A stretch of DNA of 64,000 bases from Octopus bimaculoides (GCF_001194135.2 NC_069006.1:9170237-9234236); one strand, 5' to 3'; positions 1 to 14,107 are shown, counted from the stretch's first letter. Notes: generated from the letters alone by a model not told the origin. Numbers and translations are program-made.

Positions 1-244
1 TACACATACATATATATATACATGTATGTATGTGTATATTTGTGTGTTCCCCCAACATCGCTTGACAACTGATGCTGGTGTGTTTACGTCCCGTCACTTA
101 GCGGTTTGGCAAGAGAGACCAATAGAATAAGTACTAGGCTTAGAAAGAATAAGTCCTGGGGTCGATTTGCTCAACTAAAGGCGGTGCTCCAGGATGGTCG
201 CAGTCAAATGACTGAAACAAATAAAAGAATAAAAAGAATAAAAA
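1..244 (+). mobile_element. SINE family A, linker and 3' module (cut by window start)
   Basis: Matches 20300-20494 (gataagtactaggctt...gaataagtcctggggtcgattt...actgaaacaaataaaag). Confidence 0.8.
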
Positions 245-2719
245 GTGAGTCAAAGACCTTCTGCGATACACTCTGGACTTCAACAACAGTCTTAAAACAG
301 CAACCTTTGAGCTGCGTTTTTTCATCTTGGGAAAGATATGTACATTGTAGTTCATTTGAAGCATTGTAGTATAGAAGTAGAATGGCAGGACTTATGTAAA
401 CACATATTTCTTTTACTATCCTTTTGAAGATAGCCTTTTCTGCATGAAACCTGAAGGTTTTTAAACTTTACTTCATTGTTAGAAGCTCTCCTTATTTCTC
501 ATTTCATTTATTATTATACATGTGTGTGTGCATGTGCACATGTGTGTCTGCATGTGTGCATGTGCACATGTACAAAGAGTTTCACAAATCCACTCACAAC
601 ACCTTGGTTGGCCTGTGGCTATAGTGAAAGACACTTGCCCAAGGTGCTACACAGTGAGATTGAACCCAAAATGACATAGTTGGGAAGCCACACTTAACTT
701 TTATTTTTATCACTCTTGAATAATGAATAATGAAAGACAAAACTACTCTTAGTGTGAGTTGAACTCAAAATAGCAAAGTTTCCAAGTAAACGACTGAGAT
801 GTATTTCTACACCAGAGAAATCGTATATCACATTGGCAGACTTTCAAAATTGGTTGGTTAAACTAGATAATCTAAAGTAACTAATCTAAAGGTTGGTTTA
901 AAGACTTAACAGTAACTTCATGCTAGAACATAAGTTTAAACTGTATAACTAATGGCTTAATTACAATTAATGATTAGAGTTGAGGTTAGATCTAGGAAAT
1001 TATCAAATCATCAGATATACTATAATAAAATGATGAAATATATAACTGTGAACTTATAACCCCACCGCTACTGCATCTCTCTCTCTCTGTCTCTCTCTCT
1101 CACTTTCTTTCTGTTTCTTTCCTTCTCTCCTTCTTTTTCTCTCTATCTTTCCCCTGTTTTTCTCCTTCCTCTGTCTCTCTCTACTGCTATTGTCCTGCTT
1201 CCCTCCCTCATTCCCTCTTTTTCTCTCCATCTCTCTCTCCCTCTCTTTCTGTCCCTCTCTGTTTCTGTTTCCCCCTCTCTCCCTCTCTTCTACAACCTTT
1301 GTGTTTGTCTATCTGTCACTGTCTTTCTCTCTCCATATGTATGTGAGTGCGTGTGCGTGTGTGTGTGCGTGTGCGTGTGTGTGTGTGTGTGTGCGTGTGT
1401 ATACATACATCCATACATACATACATATATATATACCCTTGCCTGCTCTAGTTCCAGTAATCTTAGACAGTTGAAATAAAGTGGGTGTTTGGTAACAACA
1501 AGCTCTGGGGCTCTGCTTCACCAAGTACTTTTTTTGTAATCAAGGTATGATATTATCAGCTGCTTGTCACTATAGCTTCTTATTGTGGTTTCTGAGGTAA
1601 CTGAGTTAGAAGCAAGAAACACACATTATTAAGTTTCTATGTTACTACTACAAGACTACGAGACTACATGGTTGATTGGCCAGACATCTCTACAGTTTTG
1701 TTGGATCAGTTATAATCTGGTTCCTGTCAATCATCAAAAATAATTCATTAGCGATGGGGCAGGGAGGTATCTTTAGAGCTGATTAAGGGCAAATTTACAC
1801 CACAACTTTATGTTTATATTGTTTTTGTCAAAGAAATAGCCTGTTTTGTTTGTTTTTTAAAGAGGAAAATATGGGAAAATGAAGTAATCTTATTTTAAAA
1901 TTCCTTGTCTGATATCATCATCAGCGTTGTCATTATTTATTGTCTGTTTTCCATGCTGGTATGGGTTGGACTGTTTGACAGGAATTGGCCAGTCAGAAGG
2001 CTGCTCCAAGCTCTGCTGTCTGCTTTGGCTTGGTTTCTATGGCTAAAGGGCCTTCCTAATGCCAACCACTTTATAGAGTGAGATGGGTGTTTTCGTTTTC
2101 TTTTTCATGGCACCAGCAGCAGTGAGGTCACTAAGTAACTTGCAAGACAAAAACCCCTCAACTGGACAAGGAGAGGAGAGTATTAAGGGATAAAAGAGGC
2201 GTCTTGCATTAGAATAAGAGCAGAAACATGGTTACCTCAGGCAGGAAGGGAGAGAGAGAAAGAAAGAGAGAGAGAAGATGGTGAAGAAGTGACAGGGTGG
2301 GAGGAGGAGTAGTACACCCAAGTCACAGTGAGGTGTGTATAGTGAAGTGGACTGGGGAACTGGAGAGGTGGGTGGGGTGAGTTGACAAGATTGTTAAAGG
2401 CAAGTGGGAGCTGGTGGAGGAGATGGGTGGGAATGTAATGAGTGGTAGTTTTGACCTCTTCTCTGAAGAGGATTCCACCTGTAGTGTAAACATTCAAACA
2501 TTGTCACCATCTTTCCAAATCCTTCTGCATTTCACATGGAATTTTTGGTTCTCCAAAGTTGCCTTGGTGTATAGGTCAGTCTACCTTCTCTTGGCTGCAG
2601 ATATTGGTTTGAAAAATTTGTCTTGTATGACAGAAAATATGATAGTTTCGACCCCTTCTCTGAGGAGGCTTCTAAACTATACAAGTCTACAATTCTGTAT
2701 TTCTAAGTTGAGGAATTTT

Positions 2720-3140
2720 ATATGGGCCTCACAGAAGCAAGGTGGCTGAGTTCCTTTTGAGTATTGGGTCTCACAGAGGCAAAGTAGCTGAGTTCCTTTT
2801 GAATGTTGACCCTCACAGAGGTAATGACTGAGACCTTTGGCATTATGTTGTGCTTGAGAAGAAGACCCTTCAACCTGAGCAAAATTGCAGTCATGGCAGA
2901 TACCAGTGTCATGCAAATTGGCACCCATGATGGTGGCACGTAAAAGCACCCATTACACTCTTGGAGTGTTTGGTGTTAGAAAGGACATCCAGCTGTAGAA
3001 AACCATGCCAAATCAGACTGGAGTCTGGTACAGCCTTCCAGCTTGCCCGTCCTGGTCAGGCTGTCCAACCCATGCCAGCATGGACAATGGACGTTAAACG
3101 ATGATGATGATGATGATGATGATAATGATGATGATGATGA
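2720..3140 (+). mobile_element. RTE 3'-UTR/tail-type non-autonomous element
   Basis: cacgtaaaagcaccc...gttagaaaggacatccagctgtagaa...ccaacccatgccagcatgg...gttaaacgatgatgatg; three ~42-bp tandem units upstream. Confidence 0.7.
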
Positions 3141-4261
3141 TGTGCTAGTTGTAATAATAACCTCATCTTGATTGATTTTTTTTTACTACGTCTCAGCTGT
3201 TGTACGCTCCAGCCTTGTTCGGGTGTCTTGTGATACACTTTAATGCCTTGCCTGGGATTGAACTCAGAACCTCTAGGTGATTGCACTGCATTAACCAGCA
3301 CCTTTATCCACTACTCTATGTCTGTAGGCAGTTTCACAATGAAATACAGAATTGTATGTCCAATTGATATGGAACCAACATAAGACATCAATGGAGGTTT
3401 AGAAGCCCTAAAAATTAATTCTGAAGCAACCTACAGGCATTGCATAGTGGATAAAAGCATTGGTTAATACAGTGCAGTCACCTAGAAGTTCTAAGTTCAA
3501 TCCCAAGCAAGTCACTAAAGTGAATCACATGATACCTGAAGAAGGCCAGAGTGTACACAGCCAAAATGTAATGAAAAGTAACAACCAAGATGGAGACACC
3601 ACTCCAACTAATACATGATATACCAGTGTAAATAATTTGATAATCTTAATACCAAGGACACTAAGAACTTAATCAGTTTTATCTCTGTCTCTTGTCTCAA
3701 TATGATTATAATAACTTCCCACTGTTTGTTTGTCTGGATCTTTTTTTATATTTCCAGTCCATCCATTTAAGTTTCAAACTCTCATGCATCTTTCATAGGG
3801 TTAATCCTGTGTTACGCAATGCTGCCCTCAATATTAATGAACTGCTTTACTTAACAGTCTTGCTGGATTACTGTTGAATTAATATTACATGAGCTGCTAA
3901 TGAGCCACCGGTTCGGTCTGGTTTATTGTTTCCTTAATCTACACCGTATTGGAAACTTGATATCACTCCTAGTCCGTTAGAGAAGAAATATGGGTGGAAT
4001 AAGGGTAATCTTGCTGTCGTAGGGTGGAGGTTAGGGGAAACCTGCTTCAACATGGGTGTGTGGCTAAGAACCACATGGTTTCAGGTTCAGTCCTACTGCA
4101 TGACACCATGTTTTTCTACAGCTGTGAGTCAACAAAAATCTGAAAGAAGCTTTGTGTGTGTGTGTGTGTGTGTGCAAAATCAATGAAGAATTTAGTATAT
4201 GGCATTGCATTTACTCTATTGTTTACAATTGTTTCAACAACATAATAAAATAAAATAAATG

Positions 4262-4506
4262 CACCCTTTTACAGCCTAGCCAGGCTCATGGGCCCGGTTT
4301 CCTGGTTTCAATGGCGTATGTGTTCTCCAGCTGGACAGGACACCAGTCCATTGCAGTGTTACTCATTTTTGCCATCTGAGTGGACTGGAGCAACATGAAA
4401 TGAAGTGTTTTGCTCAAGAACACAATGTGTCACCCGGTCTAGGAATCGAAACGATAACCTTACGATCATGGTGCTGACACCCTAACCACTAAGCCACGCG
4501 CCTCCA
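4262..4506 (-). mobile_element. SINE family B head with alternative 3' body
   Basis: Same tRNA-like head and domain, but body ...ggcccggtttcctggtttcaatggcgtatg; similar bodies at about 47740-47880 and 59680-59810. Confidence 0.65.
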
Positions 4507-6039
4507 CTGTTTCAACAACATACTGGTAACCAATTAAACATCATGTAAATAAAAATGGATGATAATGACAGTTTAGTAGTTGTATGCTGTCAACTTAATG
4601 TGACAGTCCCCTGAAGGGAATAATACTACTGTTGGTTAGACCTAGGAAGCTGCACCACTTCCTGTCGGCCTTGACACATTTCCTGTGTCCTTATGTTGCA
4701 CGACACCAGTATCTACCACAACTGCAATTTTACTTGGTTTGATGGGTTTTCTTCTCAAGCACGACAAAATGCCAAAGATGTCGGTCATTTGTCATTGCCT
4801 CTGTGAGGCCCAACACTCAAAAGGCGCATTTATGATGATGATGATGATGGCAGAAGTAAACCTTATGGATTTTCTGCTTATTTGAAACCTAAGTTTCCAC
4901 AGGAGAAATTCTCTTCTGTACAATTTCCGATAGCTGTTGATTGTGTGAGTGCTACCTAAGGTTAATGCCTGGATTATTTAACCCTTGTAGCTTAATCATC
5001 ATCATCATCATGGCATGAGTTGGATATTTTGATGAGAACAGATGAGCCAGAGGGCTTTGGAAGTTTCTATGTCTGCTTTGACAGGGTTTCTACAACTGGA
5101 TGCCCTTCCTAACACCAACCACTTGATGGAGTGTACTAGGTGCTTTTTATGTGACACCAGCACCAGTGAGGTCACCAAAATAAAACCCTCTCAACTGAGC
5201 GGAGTATAGATGTGTGTGCATGCGTGTGTGTGTGTGTGTGTGTGCATGCATGTATGTATGTGTGTGCATGTGCGTGTACATGTGTGTGTATGTATGCACA
5301 TGTGTGTGTGTCTTCTTATCTTGACATCATGTGTTAGTTATAAACAAGTGTCTGCATCATGTAAGTGGGGTCTCATGTCTCTAGTCTTCTGTGAAAACAT
5401 ACCTGATCCTGGAGAAATATTACCTTTCTTTGAAATAGGGGTGAGCTTTGGTGACAAAGTGCATCCAACTATAAAATATCTACCCCAATAAAACTCCATC
5501 TGCCCATGCAAGTATGGAAGAGTGGAGATTAAAATGATGACATAAAAACTTTCAACCAAGTATTTACAGAGAGAGAAGAAGGAAGAGAACAGTAGATACT
5601 TCCTCCCTGCTCTCAGTCTATTCCTTACCTTGTCATTTTATGTGCAAGCAAGCGTAAACAGGTAAACAGAGAGTAGTAGGGTGGGTATTTACGTCAGCCG
5701 GTTATTTAGATTCAAATAATATATTGTAATGTGCCCAAGGGTACATACAGCTCAATAGTTCTGGGGTATGACACAATATTTTCAAATATTTTGGAAACAT
5801 CTTGGTCTGCACACAAACACCGAATGACGACCTACACAATGAAATGAAATGTAAGTACTAAAATGGAAAATGTATTTGTTACTGTTATTGTTGTTGTTAA
5901 GCTCCAGGTCATCCCTTTATCTGACAGAGTAATGTTTTGAGATGTGGGATAGAATCGGTTGGCTCAGAAGAGCAGAGACTGTTGAAGTGTTTATTAGAAG
6001 GAATTTCCATTTAAAAAAATTTTTTTTTTCTTTTTACTT

Positions 6040-6437
6040 GTTTTAATCATTGGACTGTGGACATGCTGAGGCACTATCTTGAAGGGTTTTTAGTTAAACA
6101 AACTGACCCAAATACTTATGGGTTTCTTTCAGGTTTTTTTTTAAGACTGGTATTTATTTTGTTGCTCTCTATTGCTGAAATACGAAGTTACAGGAATGTA
6201 AACAAACCAACACCATTTGTCAAGCAGTGTAGGGTGGCAATCAGAAATACAAGCACACACACACACGTACATATATATACATACAAACGATGGGCTTCTA
6301 CACAGTTTTCATCTGCCAAATTCACTCACAAGGCATTAGTCAACTTGGGGCTATTCTAGAAGACACTTGCCCAACGTGCCACAGAGCTGGACTGAATCCA
6401 AAACCACATGGCCACAAAGAAAGCTCGTTAACCACAC
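6040..6437 (-). mobile_element. SINE family A copy
   Basis: Reverse complement of head, core, linker and 3' module; ends approximate. Confidence 0.75.
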
Positions 6438-7859
6438 AGTAAATATTTATCATTACACACATGTCAGACCAAACTAACCAACAGCTCAACCACCATCCGC
6501 AACCTTCATTGTTTGATAATCTTCAGACTAGTGGTGGTTATAGTTATGCTATAATATTTCACTGGACTTCCACTCCGCTTTCATTTAATGTGTTTTCAGG
6601 TTATCTTTCACTCATTGCTATCATTCATTCTTACCTTGATTGTTTATTATACCTGGAATGTCATTCATTCATAGACATATTGAATAGGGGAGCTTTCATA
6701 CTTCTGTTATAAGCAGGTAGTTTACTTAAGCTGACTTTGCTTGTCTTTAAAAGAAATATATCAATAACACGCACACACTTCCCTCCTTCTCTCTCTCTCT
6801 CTCTCTCCCTCTCTCCCTTTCATACTCTTTCAGCTTCAGTTGCCACACCTTACCTTCTGTATTTATGTTATAGGAGCTACACCTTCCTCCTACACAGATA
6901 TCCAGTTCTTATTCGTAACTGTAGTAATAATATTTTTAGACTTTGTTACAAAATACCGTTGAAGCCTTAAAGTTTTAATCTTCATTATCATCATCCTTTA
7001 CATTTCATTTTAAATTCTCAATCTTCTTTGATACATTTGAAATAAATTAAACTCAAATATATGCAGGTGTGTGCATTAGCTATACTCTGTGTATTTGATT
7101 TCTCGTAATCTATTTCCCTGTTAATTATGTATTTGACTAAACTAGACACAGACAGCCTTTTATGAAAAGCGGGTCTCATGAGACATGGCTCATCATCAGG
7201 CAGGTTGCACTACTAGAAAATTTCAAAGTAATTTTTTTGCTTAGGCAAGCTATTCAGAAAATCCCATGGGCTGCTGTTTGCCCACACCTGATCTGCATAT
7301 TACTAATCACTTTAAAGTTATATGGTGACATCACTAATCTGCCCCAAACCCCTCATAGTCTCATGCTTCCAATTTGACTAAAAAAAAGCCCACAGTTCTG
7401 TATAAGTACTCATGCTCACATCAGTTCTGGCCATAATCATATGTTCACGAGTTGCTCCAGTCCAACCCATAGAAAGATGTCCTCATCCCATCAAAATCCA
7501 CTTGTGGCAGAATATTACTGATAGACACAGACATGGCTGAGTGGTTAAGAAGCTTGCTTTTTGACTGCATGGTGTCAGGTTCAGTCCCATTGTGTAGCAC
7601 CTTGGATTGGTCATTCTTTATTTTATCACCTCCAAAAGTATGGAAAACGAAGTTGACCATGGCAGGATTTGAACTCTGAGCAGAAAGAATCAAAACTACC
7701 ACTAAACATTCTATCTGGTGCTGTAACGACTTTATTAATTCATTACCTAAGCAGCAACTCATGATTATTCTAGCTAACATTATAACCACCTGCCCTTAAA
7801 CTTCCTGCCTGTGACCAAAATAACCACCTACTTAAAATTGACCTGCTTCATGTTATAAG

Positions 7860-8176
7860 CAGTGGCAGACTGGGTCTAAAAATATTGGTTGCCAAGAGAC
7901 TAAGAGCACCTACCCGCAACTACAAGGGGGCCCACCCACAACTACAAGGGGAGGTCCACCCGCAACTACAATGTTGTTAAAAGTATTCTTTTCAACTGTC
8001 TACAAACACAGCCAGGCTGCAATAATTAATGCATTTTTTCAGAAGTGAATACAAAATTCTCAAACTTGAGAGGATGGGCCCCTTAGATACTAACATGGGC
8101 CCTCATATAAGGATTCTAATGGCGCAGGGGCCCACTTGCCATCTGGCAAGCTGGCAATCTGGCCAGTCTGCCACTA
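7860..8176. mobile_element. Non-autonomous hAT element (MITE) with perfect 8-bp TSD
   Basis: TIRs CAGTGGCAGACTGG / CCAGTCTGCCACTA; TSD gttataag at 7852-7859 and 8177-8184; three internal ccc(g/a)caactacaa repeats. Confidence 0.85.
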
Positions 8177-8778
8177 GTTATAAGATGTCCAGCTTGCTCT
8201 AGATTCCTTACATGTATCATTGCAGCATTTACAGATGGAGCATATGCATAATATATATGTATATATATGTATGTATGTATATATATATAATACAAAGAAT
8301 ATATATACATGTATACACACATATATGTACATACTTACATCTACATGTGTATATACATGCATATCAGGGTACAGGACGTTAGAACAATAAACTACAGACA
8401 ACGGAACGAACATATAGGAAAACGGAAAGCCACTTGGAATATCCCTTCATCAGCTGTCTCTATTCTATCTAGACGTTTCGAAGATAAGACAGAACGTACT
8501 CTAGAATAGTCTCTTCCTNNNNNNNNNNNNNNNNNNNNNNNNNNNNNNNNNNNNNNNNNNNNNNNNNNNNNNNNNNNNNNNNNNNNNNNNNNNNNNNNNN
8601 NNNNNNNNNNNNNNNNNNNNNNNNNNNNNNNNNNNNNNNNNNNNNNNNNNNNNNNNNNNNNNNNNNNNNNNNNNNNNNNNNNNNNNNNNNNNNNNNNNNN
8701 NNNNNNNNNNNNNNNNNNNNNNNNNNNNNNNNNNNNNNNNNNNNNNNNNNNNNNNNNNNNNNNNNNNNNNNNNNNNNN

Positions 8779-8930
8779 CAAAAGATGAAGACAGGTGTAT
8801 GAACAACAAGCAAGTGTATTAGTTTGATGCTCGGGAAAAATTAAAAAGTCTTTTACATTTTGAGCCTATGCTCTTCAACAGAAAGGAATAAGAGAAAATA
8901 AGCAGAGAGAGAATGAAAAAAAAACATCTA
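8779..8930 (-). mobile_element. Penelope-like tail relic (same family as about 46100-46280 and 51600-51780)
   Basis: Shared ...tttctgttgaagagc.taggctc.aaa.gtaaaagac...actaatacac.tgcttgttgttcatacacctgtc. Confidence 0.6.
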
Positions 8931-9419
8931 GTGTTCAGTGGCCCAGCATGGCAAATGATTGGGAAAAAATTTTGAAAGAAAGGGAGATAATAATAGTGCT
9001 AGTGATCCCAACAAGAGAAGGTATGTGTACATGTGTGTGAGTGTGTATGTGTGAATAGGGGTAAGTGACTCTGACGTGTGTGTATGTGTGTGTGAGTGTG
9101 TATGTGCATGTGTAACGTGTGTGGGTGTTGTGTGAAGCAGTTGATGTGTGCCTGTGTGTGTGTAGATGTTGCCTTGATGATGATGATGATGATATATGCC
9201 TGTGTGTGAGTTTGTGTCTCCTTGTCTCCACATCATGTGACACCTGTAAATGAGTATCACCATGATGCAAGCAGCCTCAGTGTCATTCATTTCCAATATT
9301 CTGCAAGAACATGTCTTGCCATGGGGGAAATATTATCTTGCTTGGAAATAAGTGAGGATAAGTGACAGCAAGGGCATCCAGCTGTAGAAAATTTGCCTTA
9401 ATAAACTCTGTCCTACCCA

Positions 9420-9697
9420 AAAGGACCCCCTCATCGGTCATGAATGACCATGGGATTGCACCTAGAAAGTTACCCTCTCCTCTCTCCATGCCACCAATGT
9501 TATCCAAGGGAAAGGCAAAGGTTGATAGAGTTTGGTACCAGTGATGTCGCAAACCATTTCTACAAATGAGTGAACTGGAGCAATGTGAAATAAAGTGTCT
9601 TACTCAAGAACATAACACAGAGCCTGATCCAGGAACTGAACTCACTACCTAATGATTGTGAACCCAATGCTCTAACCACTGAGCCATGCACCTTCAC
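9420..9697 (-). mobile_element. SINE family B copy
   Basis: Reverse complement of 63306-63645. Confidence 0.8.
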
Positions 9698-10289
9698 AGG
9701 CACATGGCTCAGCATCCTACCCAAGCAAGTATGGAAAAGTGGATGTTGAAATGGTAATGATGATGATAAACTTTTACCTGCCTAGGAATGAATGAAAAAT
9801 AAAATACTATTCTGTTTTATTTATTTCATTAAAGTGCTTTCTCAGCGATAACTTGTAATATATTTATACCTAACTAATCTTCTATTCCGTGATAAAAAAC
9901 CCTGATATCTGGACAGAAGTCAAAAATCACATAAACACATACATTTTTCATTGTGCCTACTCGAGCCCAACTCTCCTTCGATTTTTATCATTATTATTAG
10001 TTTTAAAGTGAATTCAGGTGAAAAATAGTCATTCATTCTGTATTGTAAATAAATCTTTACATTTCTGCTTCATTTCATCTCCTCACTATACTCTCAGTCT
10101 TTCTTTTTCCCTATTTTTATTTTTATTTTTATGTTTTTGGATATTTTTTACTATGCGTGTCACACTTCTTTTCAATCTCCTGTTTTCTATTCTTTCCCCA
10201 TAACTTAATGGAATGTTTGTTATATGTAATGTAATCTGATACAACACAGTCTCTCTCTCTCTCTCGCTCTCTCTCTCTCCCTCTATGTA

Positions 10290-10680
10290 GATCAAACACT
10301 ATAAAACATATATAATGCATACACACTCTCACACATACATGTACATATACACCCATATACACATACACAACATATACACACAAATATACATATATGCAAA
10401 TTTATATATTTATATACACAAACGCACATATATACATTTACATATATATTTATATACACAAACGCACATATATACATTTACATATATATTTATATACACA
10501 TACATATATATATATATATATACATTTATATATTTATATACACACACATATATACACTTATATATATATTTATATACACACACATACATATATACATTTA
10601 TATATATATTTATATAAACATACATACATACATACATACACATTTACAGATACCTCACCTACATATATACACACATATAA
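10290..10680. repeat. TA/CA-rich array with a 40-bp higher-order unit
   Basis: tatatacacaaacgcacatatatacatttacatatatatt at 10411-10450 and 10451-10490, then decaying copies. Confidence 0.85.
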
Positions 10681-11175
10681 ATAAGCGTGGTGTGGCAGGT
10701 ACTCTGTGCATGTATATCTTGCTGATTTGCTTAACACAACAAACACTGAGAAAGTTGTCTGAACATTCTTTATTTATTTATTATATACAGCAAGGGGGGA
10801 AAAAATTGAACTCATTTAAATTTACTGTGAGTTAATTAACCTTTACCCCAACCTCGTTCATGACATTGTCAGACACACTCACGCAACACACATACACACA
10901 AACTTTTAAAGCATGCTCTCTCTGTCTCTCTCTCTCTCTCTCATAAACACATACACACACATGCACACACACATGTACAGAGTACATATTTCAGATAATT
11001 TATCTCCAAATGTTTGGAAGGTGTGAACATTAGTTTTGTAAGAAAAAGACAGAATGAAAATGTAGGAGACGAGATTAAGTTGGTACAAACAAAGTATTGA
11101 GAGGAAGAACAAAAAATAGCTTAAAAACAAAGAAAGGGGTAGAAAAATCACCAAGAAAATCCTCCCCTAACAAAA

Positions 11176-11304
11176 ATGACAGGTTTGGGTGAACAAAATC
11201 CCTTTAAAACGGATAAAACAGATACCAAGTTTGGAAGTTTTACACCATGGTCTACAGGAATGGTTACTGAGAAAAGACATGAGCGGTTAGAAAAGATAAT
11301 CCAG
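11176..11304 (+). CDS. CROCC: Candidate first coding exon of rootletin (MTGLGEQNPFKTDKTDTKFGSFTPWSTGMVTEKRHERLEKIIQ)
   Basis: Unique sequence, caaaaATG context, in-frame upstream TAG at 11140-11142, phase-0 donor CAG|gttatt. Splicing to 59959 gives RLEKIIQ|KLEDSIL, paralleling human TLETVIQ|TLESSVL. The donor is only moderate and the implied intron is about 48.7 kb. Too short for the ORF track. Confidence 0.62.
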
Positions 11305-13008
11305 GTTATTCACCTAAATTTTCCATTCGTTTGAACATTTGCTTTGAGTTCTTTTTATTATTTTGATTATTATTATTATTATTTTTATATTTCTTCTGCT
11401 TAGTTTTTGAGTCAGACTTTATTTCGTTAGAATATTTTATGACTTCATTTATGGGTATAGTGTGTGTGTGTGTGTGTGTGTGTCTGNNNNNNNNNNNNNN
11501 NNNNNNNNNNNNNNNNNNNNNNNNNNNNNNNNNNNNNNNNNNNNNNNNNNNNNNNNNNNNNNNNNNNNNNNNNNNNNNNNNNNNNNNNNNNNNNNNNNNN
11601 NNNNNNNNNNNNNNNNNNNNNNNNNNNNNNNNNNNNNNNNNNNNNNNNNNATATATATATATCGTATTTTATTGTGTATAAGTCGTACCCCTAATTTAAT
11701 ATTAAATCTTGGTTCAAAATTTTATCCCTTCATAGTTTTAGCTTTGCCCCATATATAAGTCACACTCCAGTTTTTTGGTTAAAATCAAGTATAAAATGAT
11801 ATGACTTATGCATGAGCAAATACAATATATACATTTGTATGTTGTGTATGTGTGTGTATGAGTGTGTATATCACTGGTTTTCAACCAGGGTCCATATAAG
11901 ATTTTGTTGTTAAAATTTATGAGCACTAAATCGCTTATACTTCTACAATATACAGAATGTTTCAACAATTGTTTTTAAACATTTTTTTCTTTCTGGACAT
12001 GTGCCATCTCATTACTATTTGTTTTTGTTTATATCTATGGAAACTTTTTTTTGTGTGTGTTTTTGTTGGGTCAGTTTATTGTTTTATATATTCTGCTATT
12101 TTGTCTGATTGTACAAAAGTGTACTCTTGTCTGGATTTGAACTCATTATAACTGCATCATTTCCTCTGCCCTAATTCAGTCTATATATTTCTCCTCCACC
12201 ACATACTAACACACACACATACACACACATACTCCCTCCCACACACATATCATTGCTTCACAGTTGGGTTTTTTTTTTAAATCTTGTTTTATTAGGTTAT
12301 AGCAATTTCATTTGTGAGTCTCATTCAGCACAACCCCTTCAAATTAGGGGTAAGTGTAGAAAAACAAACTGACAACTTGTTAATATTGATTTAATTAATT
12401 GATTTAAAGCATGCTGCTTTTTTTTGTTTGTTTGTCCTGATCTCATTTTGAATAAACCGCCTTCACCTTGCGGGGACCAATAGAACAACTGTCTGTGCTC
12501 TACGCTGTAAGAGGTAGTACAAATACAATAAGCAAATCATAACCAAATGTGCCAACATTTACCTCTCATATGTCTTGGAGAAGTCACCACGAAAAAAATT
12601 CGGCAGTCATAGTTGATAAGGGTTTGGAGTTGATCCCTGAAAACGTGTATATGCTTATATACTGATCCCTACGTACAAATATACACATACACTGTCAACT
12701 TATTGGGATTTAATTGTTTTTGTCATATACCGTATTTGATGGTGTAAGAAGATGAAATGACAAAGGAATAAATTATTACCTTATGAACTTCATTAGCTTG
12801 TAGCTGTGTCTATTATAAGATGCTCTGGGCTCATAGTTGAGCACCAGAGTAACACCTCGATGGTTAGGGTATGTAAAACACCCTTTTTTCCCCCACAAAG
12901 ATGTCTAAAAAAATGAGTCCTGTGTGCGAAGTGGGACCTTCTTTGCATGTTTTAATACAACAAAAATCTTTCTTTTCCTGAATATGTGCTACTGAAATTG
13001 GGAGCATC

Positions 13009-13395
13009 CAGGACTGGATTTTTATATGGGCCAATATGGGCCATGGCCCAGGGCCCCCTTTAACTCGGGGAAGCCTAAAGCTTGGAGTTAAAACTTGAAA
13101 AATGTATTTACAACAATCAAATAAATAATTTGTAACTTTTTTTACTTGTTTAAGTTCTTTTAATCTGACAAAGTTCTTTTAGAATTATTGAGCCCTTTCT
13201 TTATTTATTAGGTCCTTTTAGATTTAAAAAGCCATTAAATTTTACTAAGTCACTCTGAATCTGCTGAGGCCTTTTAAATTTGCAGTCCCTACATTTAATG
13301 GAGCACTTTCTATTTTATGTTTTGAATTAGCAAAATTACAAAGGACCCCAAAACCTCTTGGCACAGGGGCCTCATTAGATCTAAATCCAACCATA
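13009..13395. mobile_element. Non-autonomous hAT element with 8-bp TSD
   Basis: TIRs CAGGACTGGATTT / AAATCCAACCATA; flanks ggagcatc and ggtgcatc (7/8). Confidence 0.75.
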
Positions 13396-13744
13396 GGTGC
13401 ATCTAATATTCCCATGCATCTTTTATGCCATCAGTTACAGTATCAGTTTTGAGTTCAGAACTATGGCTGACTTTATTTGTAATATTTATTGAACTTCAAT
13501 ATGAATTTACACTCTTTTCTAGAATCTAGAACAACTGTGCCACACTTGACCCCTGCCCCACTCTTGACAGTTGCCCCAATCAAGAGAAAATTTAGAATAA
13601 GCACACTATGAGATGGGGGTGCAAATAACTTTAAAAAAAACTTATAAGTTTTATTTTCATGTTTTATTTGTTAGTCAGTAAGAATTATCCAATAACAAGA
13701 TTTATATTGTTATTTTTTTTTTGTCTTGAAAGTACTTGGTAACC

Positions 13745-14030
13745 CTGTCAGTGTAGGTGCATTTAAAAGTGCCCAGTCCACTCTGCTGAGCAGTTGGTGT
13801 TAGGAAGAGCATCCAGATGTAAAAACCTTGCCAAAACTGACCTCACCTGTGCTTGTGCTGCATAAAAAGCACTAAGTCCACTCTGCTGAGTGGTTGGTGT
13901 TCGGAAGGGTATCCAGCTGTAAGAATCCTGCTAAAACAGTTACTGAAGTCTGGTACAAGCTTCTGCCTGGCCAGCTCTTGTGAAACCGTCCTACCCATGC
14001 CAGCATGGAAGGCGGACGTTAAATGATGAT
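13745..14030 (+). mobile_element. RTE tail-type element
   Basis: Same tail with an internally duplicated gttggtgttaggaag unit. Confidence 0.7.
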
Positions 14031-14107
14031 AATGACATAATTAAAATTTCAAGTTGTTGGCTATATATATTATTTCGGGTGCAAAAGCCCATCCTCAGAA
14101 GAAAAAC

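Noticed and set aside
2414-2720. ORF-like unique-looking segment
   Set aside because: Stops in the frames examined and no recognisable motif; possibly a decayed retroelement, but I cannot support a class.
6600-6716. Plus-strand acceptor/donor pair that could be a CROCC 5' UTR exon
   Set aside because: Splice-like signals only; cannot be distinguished from chance without RNA data.
7445-7789. 114-aa minus ORF
   Set aside because: Built largely from SINE head fragments; the unique tail (NILPQVDFDG...) has no donor or recognised homology.
10292-10684. YI/HT/CV-rich ORFs here and at about 20.1-21.4, 33.8-34.2, 46.2-46.6 and 52.5-52.9 kb
   Set aside because: Translations of dinucleotide microsatellites or N-runs.
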